64,000 bases of DNA, taken from the NCBI GenBank assembly GCA_051362555.1, contig CM120641.1, forward strand, positions 6,386,001 to 6,450,000, in the 5' to 3' direction. The translations under genes and the position numbers were made by a program. The DNA is from Lingula anatina (taxonomy: Eukaryota > Animalia > Brachiopoda). How positions within the stretch are numbered: position 1 is the first letter of the stretch; each line of letters starts with the position of its first letter. Of this stretch, positions 11,701-24,379 are shown one piece after another. The notes under the pieces were generated by a model. The model was given only the letters and a program-made list of their open reading frames with translations. It was not told the origin of the DNA and did no database searches.

Positions 11701-14700
11701 AATGACAGCAAAACATTTTGACCATAAAAATTCGGCGGGCCTTTTTTGTGTTGTAATATAGATCTCCCTTTTTGAAATTTGAGAAAGACAGAGCTAAAGA
11801 CAAAGTTTGTGGGAGAAGAGAGAGAGAAAGAGAGAAGAAGAAGAAATGTAGGAAAGATTACCATCCATTTATAAGAACACCCAGATGAAATGGCTACATA
11901 ACAAAAGAAAAAAAAATCACACAAAGTTAATAGATGGACGGCTGATATCAACCACTAACTGGACCACTATGTCAATCTTTCTCTTTTTTGTGGTAGAGCA
12001 TTGAGGTCTGCCTGGCACAAACAAGGACAAGGCTCCAAAGATCACCTGTACTCATGCACTGCCAGTTATTACACACACAGGTACACCTCAATCTTCATAA
12101 CACCCTGTCATTAAGACACATGATTCTGCAATGGGAGAGGAAGCCAAAATTACTACCTTGTGAGTAAGACTTAATGTTATCATAAAACATATCAGTGGAC
12201 TAATGTACTTGCAACACATTAATGAAGTGACTCAACATATGTGTACATGTCTATGCATTATTACAATAAGCTGGGGGGGGGGGGGGGGGGGGGGGAATGT
12301 ACCCGGCCATTCATGCTAGCAAGACAGACTGAAAATGCTTTACAATTAAGACATATAGCTTAGGTTTATCTCTAGACAAGAAATAATGATAGAACTCCAA
12401 TATATATAAACTTCTAAGAATATCTAAAGAAAATAGAATAAAGTTTTATTTTCTGGTTTATTTTGCAATAACTTTGTTTCTTTTGAAACATTTCTACTGA
12501 AGGAAGACTGTGTCAAAAAGTTTGCTGAAGTCATATTTTGGTTGATGCATATGGCAGAGCTTATTTTTCTCAAAACATCTTGCTCTCTATTTCTACATCA
12601 TTTTTTTCATTTCAAGTATGTTATTATTAAGGTGGCCTATTTTTGAAGTTCATAATGACTTGGAGAACAGACAGCCAGGGGCCAATTGCAAAGTTGAAAA
12701 GTGCATTCTTAAAATAAGTGGGTTCATTTTCAAGCCACCAAGTTGTACCATTGCACAGGACAACACCTATCAAAATACAAACATTACATGACAAAAGAAA
12801 TCAGCTTTGAGAGCTTGGATATGACATTGCTGTTGTGAATGAGTGCTGATACAATTTCTTATTATAGCAAGGATGAACAATAATGTGCACACAAACCCTG
12901 GTATTTTAGTTACTAGACATCAGTGGCATCTACAACATGGCATGTACTCAGAACCACAAATTACAAACTGATATTATAAAGGGCATAAACAACAACAATC
13001 AACCTGGAAGATTCCCACACTTTGTGTTTTGTTTCATTGGGTTCCTGACTGCTTTTAAAGACTTGTAACAGTGTGAAAAAACTGTGATCATATCCAGGAA
13101 AAAATATCTATACAGTATTATTACTATGCAATATTGCAATCACACCTGTACCTGCAGTTTGACTCTCCCCCCCCCCCTCCCGGTTGCCCCCATAAGATCT
13201 CCCTTGACTTTTTGTTCTTCCATTACTATACAAAGATGCAATAAAAACCTGCAGTTTACCCCCCCCCCCTTACTGCCCAAACAAAACCTCCCTTGAATTT
13301 TTGTTTTTCCACAAGAAACAAATTAAGACCTGTGGTTAACATCACCTAAAATGCTTCATATAAATCATCATCAGAGCGAAGACAAAATACAAACTGGTAT
13401 ATACTCCTTTAGACAAAATTCAAAAATTCAAACACCAAATAAATGGATATTTGAAAGTAAAATTGATGCTAAACATAACCCCATCATCAATCCGTAATGT
13501 CATTTTAATGACAGGCTCACAGACAGTCAGCAGTCAGAGACAGAAAATAGTCTAAAAGTAATTCAATCATTATGAAGTCACCCAATGACAAGAACAGGGG
13601 GGTTTATCACTGTCATTATCTGGGGTGAAACTGCTGTTCTTCCTAAAGTGAAATACATTTGTTTCTAAATAACAAGCCATGGAAATATCAACATGCTTGT
13701 CTAGAAATGCCAAAAAACAAAGAGGGTCTTATTATGAAGAAAGTGGACAAGAATAGGTCTTGGACAATAGCATCATAATATGTGGGTGAAAAGGTTGGCA
13801 CACTAGATTTTCAAAGAATGATGATGAACCTGCCAGTTTGGTAATACTAACTTCAGTGGCCCAGTAAACTGAGACCCTCCCTAAAAGATACATCTCTAGG
13901 GGACAGAGTGCAAATGACTTTACTTGAACTAAATATGCAAGTACATAACAATGCAAGGCCCCTGCCTTTCTTCCATATTTGACAAATGAAAGAATCGGTT
14001 CAATATACAGATATCTATTCCAAAGGCAACAGGGTGCACTTGCATTAAATCAACAATAATGTTCAAATTTTCACATGAAACAGATACTACCAGTTTACAC
14101 TGGAACAAGTTGTAATAAAAATTTACGCAAATTTTGTTTACTGTCACTTAAAATATTTTAATTTACATATAGGGATACAACTAATATTCAAAAATATATA
14201 TCTTCTTTTAATTTGGCTAAAAACAAGACACGTGATATGGTAGTGGACAATCACAAGCCTGACTAATGGACTCAAATTGACCACTTAAAGAAAGCGTTTT
14301 TCCTTTTCTAGGACCTGCCCACATCTAGGACAGTAAATAAGATGCTTATGGATAATAAACAGCAGTTAAGCAGCTTTTTATCTTCAATAATTATGGTCTA
14401 AGATAGAGCAAGGTTCCTTATCAGGATAACCACGGACTGTCACATAAAAACAAAGGCAAGTAAAAAAAAAAAATTCACCACCCTGGAGAAATTGGAGATG
14501 AAAATTTTTAAGGGCACAACTAAAGCAGGGATATGTTGATCAAAATTAATATCCCTTGTAAAATAATTTTTTGTGAAAAAAGCTTGCTCATTTTTTTTCT
14601 TAATTGGTTAGTTTTTGACTACTTAATAAATTAATCTTTTGTTAACTCTCTTGTAAGCCAAAAAAGAGTAGCTTACAATTATTAATTAGTTACTGAAAAA

Positions 14701-16658
14701 AACTTCCCCACTCTCCCTCTTTTGCCACACTGGTTTTTAAAACACCATTTTAGTCAAAAACCAAGAAACCAGAAACTTAATAAAAAAATCCCAATGAAAT
14801 AGCTGTATTATCCAGATGAATGCTATGCCAATAACTTCATGTAGGAATAACATGGGGGGGGGGGTGCAATCAAGATTTTTGGTCTTGAAAAAAGAATAAT
14901 TCTTTTCTTTTCACAAAAAAAAAAAAAAAAAAAAAAAAAATTACAGCAGATGTAATCACTAATTGCCCATGCATGGATGCAAGTGCACCTTCAAATGTAA
15001 CATTGGTACCTGAATTTCAAGCTATTTTCTTTTAAATTGTTATATCCAACTGCTTATTTTCTTTTAAATTGCTATATCCAACTGCTAAGTTTTAACCACA
15101 AGATAATTTTCATTCTAATATCATTCTTCATGCAAAAAACACTTAAAAGAACAATAATCATAAACAAATAATTGTCTCAGTGTTGTTCTGCTACTGAAAC
15201 AGGACTTAGGGCAGCACTCCCTGACAGAAGCAGATACTGCAGAGATTAATGAAGCCCATTTTTCCCTTTGATCTTTTTTACTGGCTAGCTAATTGTTTCG
15301 ATCCTTCTTGCTGATGACCATTGGACACAGAAGTTTACACGGGTATTGTGTACCAACTCGACCTAAATGCTGTAAGCAGCTCAGGGGTAATCTATCAAGG
15401 TCTTCCACTCTTTCAATCCTTTCCCTCCCCATGCCCCATAAAATATACACCTACATACCATTGGTAGAGGACTGCCTTCTGCAGGGATAAGTCCAACCAA
15501 ATATAATGATTAAATAGTTGAACAGCAAGAAATACCAACTAGAACAAGTTGGGAAGATGAGGATGTTTGGATTGAATTTTGTGCATCCTTAAATACATTA
15601 ATAATAGAATTAGAATAATTTTTCACAACTTTTGGAATTATGTGTGAATGCATGTGGTTTGATTCTTTTGCTTACTGCTCATCATTCTGGAAATGAATGT
15701 CATTTTCTTCAATTGGATTGATGAATATCCACTCAAACATGGGTAAAAACCACCACAGCTGAAAAACAAAAGATGACAAATATCAGAAAGTGATTGGAAT
15801 CAACTGCAAAAAGTATTATCTACCACAGTTATCAATGTGTATCAATCTTCTGTGCAGATAAAATAATGAATGTGTGTTGTTTGATGTGTGTTATCTGAGC
15901 GGCTTTACTAAGGGTATACCAAAACCAAAAAGATGCCACATTATCAGGAAGAAATAAACATGCCCTAGACTGTTTGATTAATCTGTATAAAGTGTGTGTT
16001 CTAGTTTGGAAATATAACCACAATGACTGAAAATGAAATGGAAATGTCAAGTGAGAAACGATGATGGTCACACTCACTAAGCCTAAGGGATGGCTGCTTG
16101 CTGCCTCACGGAGATTATTGAAAGGGGATTCCAGGATCATACCCTTTGGAGCTCTGCCTACAAATATAATAAAACATGGAATTAAATTCACTTACATAAC
16201 ACAGATTTAAAAATTTAAAAGAGTGAAAAATTGTATAAAAATTATGATATGGACATTTCACCACATTTACTTTACATTTGCACGTGAGAAGATGACTTCC
16301 ATAGTATTTCATTTTTTTTTCAAATAGGTTTTTTCGGAAAATAAATAAACTGTAAAACTAGTGACAAAAATTTAGCTGAAAAAATGTCCTTGTAAATGAA
16401 TCTTCATTTCTTAAAAAGTGAAATAAAGATTTATATTGATAAAAAAAATTAGTCTACAGAAAATCCTTAAACATATTTTCTACCAAAAAGGCAATTGGGG
16501 GTGGTATTTTGTGAAAGAAACACCCATTAATTTGGCCAAAAAGAGTTAACTCTGAATCAAGATTTGATCTAGATACTATGCCATTTTCTCAAGTTGAGTC
16601 AATTCAATTTGACTTTACAATTCAATAAAATTAACTCTGCTCCAAAACGAAAATGCTA

Positions 16659-16705
<47 letters not shown>

Positions 16706-19700
16706 ACTAAAATAGAAGTACCAAACACTGAAATGTTTATAGTTAACATACATAAAATCGAATCTTGGTGTTAAAAGATTCTTCAGTGCAAACCTATATT
16801 CAACCAAACATAACCTGGGAAGCAAACAAACACAAACACTTTGATGATTTTAAGCTGCATGTCTGTAAACATATAGAACAACAATCTATACTGATGTTAT
16901 GAAAACTCTCCACATATGGATTACTAACATTTATTGGTAAGTCTATTTTAGGAACAATCTGATAAAATATGTCGTTGTAATAGTTGCCATTTGAACTCTA
17001 ATGCCATGAGAAAGGAAACCCAACAGATTTAAATTGGTCTCCTGAAGTTCCATTTTGCTTTTGTCATTAACTTATTGTTTCCATTTGTTGGACACAACCT
17101 TTGTCACAACTAGGCTATGGCTAATCAACTCCTAATTAATCAGTGAATGGTACGACTTAAACCTAAGATAAAACAGAATATCTTGCAGCACCTTTTGTGT
17201 GGGCTTCATAGGGGGACAGTTTACCAGGCTTGACCACAAAATCAAGTATTTACATAGCGTTGTATTTATTCAGTAGGGGACACACTGTAATTGTCCCCTC
17301 CCCAGGTGGTTCTGTCCAGTACCAGGTCCTGTCCATTACTGGTCACCGTGGCATTGTGGAAACACATATTTTACTCCATAGGGGACCCTTGGTCACACAA
17401 TCACGAATACAATTTAGTTGAGTAAAGTCAGAATCCGATACTGGTTACACGAGAGTCTATGACCACATATTAATCAATATACTATAACCAATGTCCCACT
17501 GGCTAGAATATCTTAGTTGTGTAACTTGTGGAGTGCCCTATCACATTAATGTTCATTTGAGAGCCTACTTTAAATGACTTGGACAATACGTCAAGAGCAT
17601 TTAGGTTATTGTCACAGGTATTTTGAATAGAAAAATAACTATATATTTCATCTCAAAGTGAAAACATATTTTCTTATCTCTAAAAAGAAGAGAAAAAGTT
17701 TTAGAAATATCAAACATGATCTTTTTTCTTCCAGTTACTTGCTGTATTATCACTTAAGATGCAGACAAACCAAAGTGGCAAAGTGGCTGTGAACCCAACG
17801 CAGTTCCCTAAATTGAAATTGCATGTCTCCTCATATCAAGTACTGTACACACAGCTCATTCTCATCCTCCCCTTTCAGGATCCACCTTCATATCAAATTC
17901 TAATTATGTCCAAAATGATTCTTAAGTGCTCCTGAACTCTTATCCTTCCTTCCTTTGATGTACCCTTGCTGGAAGTCTTTAGTAGACTTATAATGGCAGA
18001 CCTCTTTGCAAATCAATTTCTTCATTCATTACACAATAGCCCTAAATTGACTCCTATCTGTGCTAATGGACCACCTTCAACTTCTTCCATAAGTTCTTTT
18101 ATCTAACAGGCCTATCTATACAATTCCCCTGCCTTTTTGTTGTATTAAAATAGATTATCTGCCATTACAATTCACTGAGAATAATATCCTCTATTTAGAA
18201 AATTTCTGAGAAGCAACGATACACAATTATAATTATATCTTTTTTATGTGATTGTTGATAAACTGTGCTCTCTAAAAATTCTCTAAAATTTCACATATCA
18301 CTGCAATCACAAGCACCTTATTTTTCAGTTTTATGGCAGAGAAGCTATTGTTAAAGAAATATGCCTTACATTTTAAGTTGTCAGCACATCCAAGTTATAG
18401 TAAATCAACTAACTATAAAAACTATAAACACAAAGTAGAAATAGCTTGCATTATGACAGACATTCAACACCATTTCTCTGGATACAATTCTCATATTTTA
18501 CATCAACATTTTTTTTATTTACCTATGGGAATATGCATGAAAAGTGCAACATTCTACATCTCACAGCACAAACAAAGTAGAGTAGCAGTTCAGGAGCACA
18601 TTCAAGTCTGGACAAGCAACAATTTAATGAGCCTTAATGATGCGTTACATACCTTAGCATTACAATATAGATTAGCAGGTAGCAACATGGACAAAAGACC
18701 CCAAGGCGACAACTGGGGTGACACGCCGGGCAAACCCTTCAGTGTGCGTGATTACAGACAGAGGGTGACCACTAATACTCATACTGGTCAAACCAGAAGA
18801 TGAATTATAAGAACAGAGAATGCTGATTCACATGCTTTGTGTGGCATCCCTTTTGACAACAAAGAGCATTTTGGGCAATTATGGAATTTTATGGATTTTG
18901 TAATCATCATTATTATTAGATGATATGAAAATGGCAATGTAAAGTAAGATAGTTATGTGTATTTCAGTTGTACAATGTAGATAAAATAAATTGGTTTGTC
19001 TAAAATAAATTGGCTCTCAATTGCTTTGTCTAAGAAAAATGTTTATTTCTGTATTTTAACTGTCTTTAATGAGTCAATATCAACAGAGCTTGGAATGGAA
19101 TGGAAAAAAAGCAAGTTTCTCTTCAATAATCTTTATATCTCCTAATTTCTCTATCTATTCCCCTACCTACCTGTTACAAAATGCAGAATATATCTTGCAC
19201 CAGACTTACTTCTCTAAATAGAAGACTATGAAGTTCTTGAGAAATGTATACTAAACAAAAAAAAAAAAAAATTTCACAAAATGAGAAGGAACTAGACAAG
19301 ATTTTTGCTGACTTGGTAACCCCAACATTTGATATGGAATAAGAGAGAAACAGAGCCTTTTGTTAAGAATGGTAGCAGTACTTATTATGTTCGCATGGGC
19401 CACCCCTTATGGCAGAGGTAAAATGGAGAAGCCCTGGAGAAAGAAAAGGTGTAAAACAATTTATATGTGCACTAAACAAACGTCAAGTAGCATTACGATT
19501 GCATAATTACACAAATTTGCACTGAATCATAACCAAACATCTCAATTACACGCAAGGTTGCATAACTGAGCCCGAAATAGATGGGAAAATCAAATAAACA
19601 CACTGCGTTTGAAAATTCATAATTGGTATTTGCGGGAAATAATGATTGGTGCTAAGGTGAGAAGATATTATCAAACAACCAATTTACAAAATTACAGGTG

Positions 19701-22302
19701 TAATGTTGTAATCAAGATGGAGGTTAATACTCCCTCTAAGGAAGTCTGATAAGATATTGACGGTGGGAGGTAGAACAAGGCGTTGCTACTAATCTCCAAA
19801 AACCTACTGATACATGTACACCGAGACTTCAGAGGAACAAGATTAAAGACAAACAAAGACCAAAAACTCACAAATCAAAGATGACTACTGAAGATGTTGA
19901 AATGCCAAATACATGAACAAATCAAACTTGTACAGCACAGAGCCATCATAAAAGAAACAGGCCAATTTTTAAAATTTTGTTTCATACATACAATAGGCCT
20001 TTTGCAGCTAGATGACAAGATGCTGACTTCTTTTATTTACTGGAAAGCTTGCTCCCCAGTAAAAAAAAAAGAATGCTGAAAAACAAGCTCTTCAGGATGA
20101 ACCTGCTTGTTCAAAGTTGGTGTCATATTTATGTCTTCTTTGATCAAAGCTAAATGTGTAGGTTATTATGAACGTCAATCTAAATTTTGGTTCCCAAAGA
20201 CCAACTCTCAATGAAAGTTTTTTCTGAAATATATGCTTTGCAGATACTCTTTTTATTGTCAACAATATCTAACACAGAAACTTTAACATGACTTTTTAAG
20301 TTATTTATGTAAAAAAAAATCAATCATATTTTAAAAATAAATTTACAAATAAAGCAGCAATTTCTGAATAGTCTTTCATTTTGCATAGAAGCAATCATGG
20401 ATGTGTAACACAACCAAGACCTCTTGGCACATAGCACAATCATCATCTGAAGAGCACATTGCACACCTAACACATTTTGAATCCTTACCTTCACTGCACA
20501 GTTCCTTGGCTAGCTGCGTAGCAACCCTGAAATGAATGATTGACAAATTCAAATCAGCAAACAAAAAATGCAATATCTTCTGATAGTTCTATAAAGGTTC
20601 AAAATCCTCACGCTTATTGTCGTCAACAAAAGCTTTCACAAGAAATAACACAAGATGTCAAAAACTGGAGACAAAAAAGGCCACTAGAAACCCAGTAGAT
20701 GGTGTTAAACTTTTTGTGTGATTATAATATTGCTCTTTCATAATTGTCAAAAAAAAACTAGAAAAAGAGATTGTTACCCAGCTCCCAGGGAATGTCCCCA
20801 CAAAAAGATAGGTGTGTTATTTGATCTCTCTTTTATCCACTTGTAGGCAGCTTTACCATCCCTTATCAAACCAGGCTCACAAGGAAACGGACCTTTGGAA
20901 TCTGCATAACCTGAATTACATATATAAGGATACATATTTATTCAAAGCAATATGACCATGAGAGGGATAGCACCATTGTATTTTTTTTTTTTCAAAACCA
21001 AATAAGTAAGTTATATCCTAATAAATCACTAATTGACCAAAATTATTTTGATGGATAATTATCAATCATGCTGAAACATTTTTTCATTTACTACACAAAC
21101 ACCTGATAGATAGGTGTGTGAAGTTTGTTTAAAAATTAAAAAGTGTAAAAAACTATGCAGCATAATTAAATCCTTTCTCATTTTATTATGTCAAAGCAAA
21201 TAATCTCTAAAAAATTCTATGTGGTATCCTGAGCCCAACTTAAAAATATTTTATGAAGTAACGCAAAAACTTTTAAAACCACATTTACGTTTTTTTTTTA
21301 ATGTTAATGTAATATGACACAATATGAAAGGAAATATCAACTTCAGTAAAAAGAAATACCCCTATAGTCCACAGCTATAACATGAAGCTCTAATGAAGAT
21401 AGCACTGCATACAATGGAATGCGATGTCCTGAGCCCCTTGAAATTATAAAGAAGAAAAAAAATTAAAGGATCATATTTATAAATAAAACAAGAGCATCTT
21501 TGAATTGTGATATTCAAATAGTTAATCGCATACAATTGGTCACATAAACAGGCTAAATTGCAGCATCATTTTGAGTAGTGACATGCATATTTTTATTTAT
21601 GCCATACAACAATTCAAGATTTGCCTCTCATTTATATTAGGAAAAATAACATCTACAATGAACAGACAATAAAGGGGAATGTATACCTTGTACCAGATTG
21701 TCCATGTAAATATAAAATAATAGGTTTTCCATCCTGAAGGGAAGTTATATGCTGTTTTTCATTCCCTACTTCTTTAGCTAAAGACTGTGGCAAAACATGC
21801 CTGAAAAAATGGTATAAAATACAGATCACAAAAAAAATCCTTACAAAAGAAAATTAACAGGAGAATTATTAAGATCCTCATCTTACTTCAAGCATTTCAT
21901 GAAAATGAACTTATATTTAATGACTAATTTCAGGTAAAACCATGAGCATCCCAGCATTCAAGCAATGATAGTAAAAAGTAGTTTTATTTTGTCATGGAGA
22001 GTATGAAATTCAGTCTTCCCCATGGCCCTCACATAGTCCACCAAATATCAACACACATTATACTCAGATATATTTTTAAATAACATGCTGAATCATCAAA
22101 ACCATACAGAATTATATACCAGGTACATCTTTGTCCAAACTCACCAAGCACCCAACTTTACACCATTGTCTTCTATATAGAAATTCCTAGTTGAGTTTAA
22201 ACCATACATCTCAGGTTTGCTGACATCTTTGAACATATCAGGCCTAACTAAAATGTTATTTTAAAAATGCATTTATGTCTGATGCTGACACAGAAAATTA
22301 AG

Positions 22303-22398
<96 letters not shown>

Positions 22399-24176
22399 TG
22401 TCTTCCAGCAACCACCATGACCAATTATTATAACTGTTTTGTGACAGGGTAATTAAACAATGCACCAACAATTAAAAACTACTCATAATCATTGTGTTTA
22501 TTTAATTATATATAATAGTCTTTTAACTTTTGGTATTTTTAAATATAATAAATACACTAGCAGTTTCAAGTTCACAAAAAGGTGGTCAATAAAATAACTT
22601 AAAAGCAATAATAACTCTTCCTTTGAGATTCAAAATTCTGCAAGAAATATATTGTAAACAATGTATGGAAATATATCATATTGCATTTTACCACTAAAAC
22701 GGCTGTTATTGTAGTAAAACTAAAATCTGTGCTTGTCAATAGGGCTTTCGATGCCTTTCTTACCGGTCGTCAAGGCATCCGTTGCCAATGACGTTGGGGT
22801 GTCACACGGATTCTCACATTCATTCGAGACCAAAATATCATATGGTGCCATAAGCGTGATGCAATCCTCAGACGTAAGTTGTGAGTTTTTCTACGTGTTG
22901 GAAAACGAAAAGCCCAGAACTGCACACATTGTAGACATAAATGCATTTTGAGCAATAAGACGAATATATTTTATGACCTTATATTATTGTTATATACTGT
23001 TGTTGTTGTCTGCTTTTCCTGCAGTTTTAAATAGGTCACCAGAAAATATCGGTCGATATTGCGTGACTATGCAATGTCAGAGAGGACTCCATCAGTTAAG
23101 AGATTTTAACAAAAAACCAAACGTTTAGGAAAAATCCTGGACTAACTTTGAATGCAGGAATGGGGTCGTTGGTAAGTATGGGAAAACTGCCGTTTACTCC
23201 AGGAAAATCCAAGTTTTGGCCAAAATGAAGAGTTATTATGACTTTAAGATTATAATTTTTAAAGCAATTGTAAGGCTTCTTACACATTGGTAAAAACACA
23301 ACTCTGCTCATTATCCAGCTATTGGTCTTCACTATCACAGGTATCAGTACATAAATTATAAATAGCATCACTCCAATAGTTTTCAGGCACTTGTTTGACC
23401 AGGACCTGAAATAAAAAAATCCATAAAAGTAATATTTGTATTTTTAACATCACTAGTTTATAGACTGAGATGATATTAACATTTTAAAGCTGATAAATGG
23501 TATCCAGCTATAGATGTTAGATTAGATTTATTCTATTACATCTGGTTGCAGGATTTATGTGCATTTGTAAGATGATGTCTATGAGTCAATTACAGAGGGA
23601 GAGTACTTTTTTCATGGTCCGCATACTTGTAACTCTAAATGTGACCTTAATTTTATAAATTTTTATTTTTCTGCCATGTAAAATATGGACTAGCTATGAA
23701 AATACATCCAAAATCACAACTAGCACTTCTACCCCCACAACTATCCTCCTTCAAGAAACACAATTTTACAAATTACCATCAAACATTTTAATGTTATAAG
23801 TACAACGTAGATCTACACAAGTACTACTCAAGGCATTTTTATTAAAATAAAGATAGATATAAATGCTAAGGCTAATCTACATAATTGCACAATAAATACA
23901 AATAAAAATAGTTAACTGATTGATAATAAACATTGTTTTATTGATAGTAGTAGCACATACATTAGGCTAGCATGTAGGTTGTAGTAGACGTACAAGTTCT
24001 AGTACAGTAGTACAGTACATGTAGTGCATAAACTTAGCTGCAGTTTCATACCTCTGACTGCAAGTAATGTCCTCTTCTCTTCTTTTCTTCGAAACATTTT
24101 TCGTATCAAGCTTCTTTGTGCTTTTTTTCTTCATGTTTGCTTTTTCTTTTGTTTTTGAAACACTTCTTAATTGCAT
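5006..24176 (-). CDS. ABHD12: ABHD12-family alpha/beta hydrolase (lysophosphatidylserine / monoacylglycerol lipase), 379 aa
   Basis: 12 GT-AG exons: 24176-24052, 23405-23284, 22247-22145, 21800-21687, 21436-21360, 20910-20778, 20526-20489, 16157-16078, 15758-15676, 6812-6734, 6534-6407, 5063-5006 (1140 nt, in frame, TGA at 5006-5008). Basic N-tail, single TM helix (IGVMLFIIYVLIPVIV), GAWHVLP, IILYLHG..GTR, AVDYRGYADS, nucleophile motif WGHSLGAG, ILESPFNNL, CPIMILHAEDD (catalytic Asp), GLGHRDIY (catalytic His). Confidence 0.95.
5663..5736. repeat. Compound microsatellite (TC)19(AC)18
   Basis: Read directly; lies in the last ABHD12 intron. Confidence 0.95.
5771..5810. repeat. Tandem duplication of 20-nt unit TAACTATTGTTAAACTGATA
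   Basis: Two perfect adjacent copies. Confidence 0.9.
7988..8190 (-). mobile_element. Degenerate hAT-like MITE, uninterrupted sister of the outer element at 54721-55860
   Basis: GTAAAAGGCCCACTTTTTTTAGAAAAAGA (8114-8142) and CAGGGAAAGGGTCTGCTCTGGGCAATATTTGATCTA match the reverse complement of both halves of 54721-55860. Starts TAGACCTGTACCCAGGG. Right end approximate. Confidence 0.6.
9033..9247. mobile_element. PIF/Harbinger-like MITE (~215 bp)
   Basis: Imperfect TIRs CACCCCATTTCCATAGATTAGATCGA / TCGATCTAAAATCTATGGGAATGGAGCC, flanked by TAA on both sides (9030-9032, 9248-9250). Related to 58541-58790. Confidence 0.7.
11090..11400. repeat. Degenerate interspersed-repeat fragment with ~33-nt direct repeat
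   Basis: ATGTAATTCTACAAAACAGGAGTGGCGGAAATA (~11090) recurs as ATGTAATTCAATAAAACAGGAGTGGTAAAAATA (~11368), with GCCATCTTGG / CCGCCATGTCTTG motifs between. Confidence 0.5.
12273..12295. repeat. Poly-G tract (G23)
   Basis: Read directly. Confidence 0.9.
13150..13311. repeat. Imperfect ~97-nt tandem duplication with C-runs
   Basis: ACCTGCAGTTT-(C)n-TGCCC...CTCCCTTGAxTTTTTGTTxTTCCA occurs twice. Confidence 0.7.
15023..15086. repeat. Tandem duplication of ~32-nt unit
   Basis: TATTTTCTTTTAAATTG(T/C)TATATCCAACTGCT twice. Confidence 0.9.
16659..16706. repeat. (TAAA)n tetranucleotide microsatellite
   Basis: Read directly. Confidence 0.9.
22306..22393. repeat. (TA)44 microsatellite
   Basis: Read directly; about 60 nt upstream of the ABHD12 exon-3 acceptor. 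Confidence 0.95.
22764..22851 (-). CDS. ABHD12: Candidate alternative first coding exon of ABHD12 (TM-less isoform)
   Basis: ATG at 22851 (cgcttATGG), 29 open codons MAPYDILVSNECENPCDTPTSLATDALTT, then donor CCG|GTAAGA at 22764 in phase 1, matching the phase-1 acceptor of exon 3. Embedded in a CpG-rich island (~22700-23200). Confidence 0.6.
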
Positions 24177-24379
24177 TTTATCTTAAAGTAAATAAATGTC
24201 TAACGATGTGTCTCACGCTTCCCTGTTGTCATCAATAGGTCAACCTGGGGTCAACTTTGTTCAAGGCAGCTGATTGGTGGTAAAAATTAGGCCACGCTTT
24301 TCGCCAATGAATATTGGTCTTGCATTGACTTTATGGGTTCTTGGAGGCAAGTTTCGAAGAGGGAACACCTGTAGAAAAG
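24177..24379. promoter_or_regulatory. Bidirectional promoter shared by ABHD12 and GINS1
   Basis: 203 bp between the divergent ATGs. CCAAT boxes at 24273-24277, 24304-24308 and 24313-24317; E2F-like TTTTCGCC at 24298-24305; CHR-variant TTCGAA at 24353-24358; DR5 AGGTCA-acctg-GGGTCA at 24237-24253. Confidence 0.8.

Noticed and set aside
18333-18803. 156-aa plus-strand ORF (possible nested gene in ABHD12)
   Set aside because: No recognisable homology or exon structure; composition is intron-like.
22267-22452. Poly-YI ORF
   Set aside because: Translation of the (TA)44 repeat.
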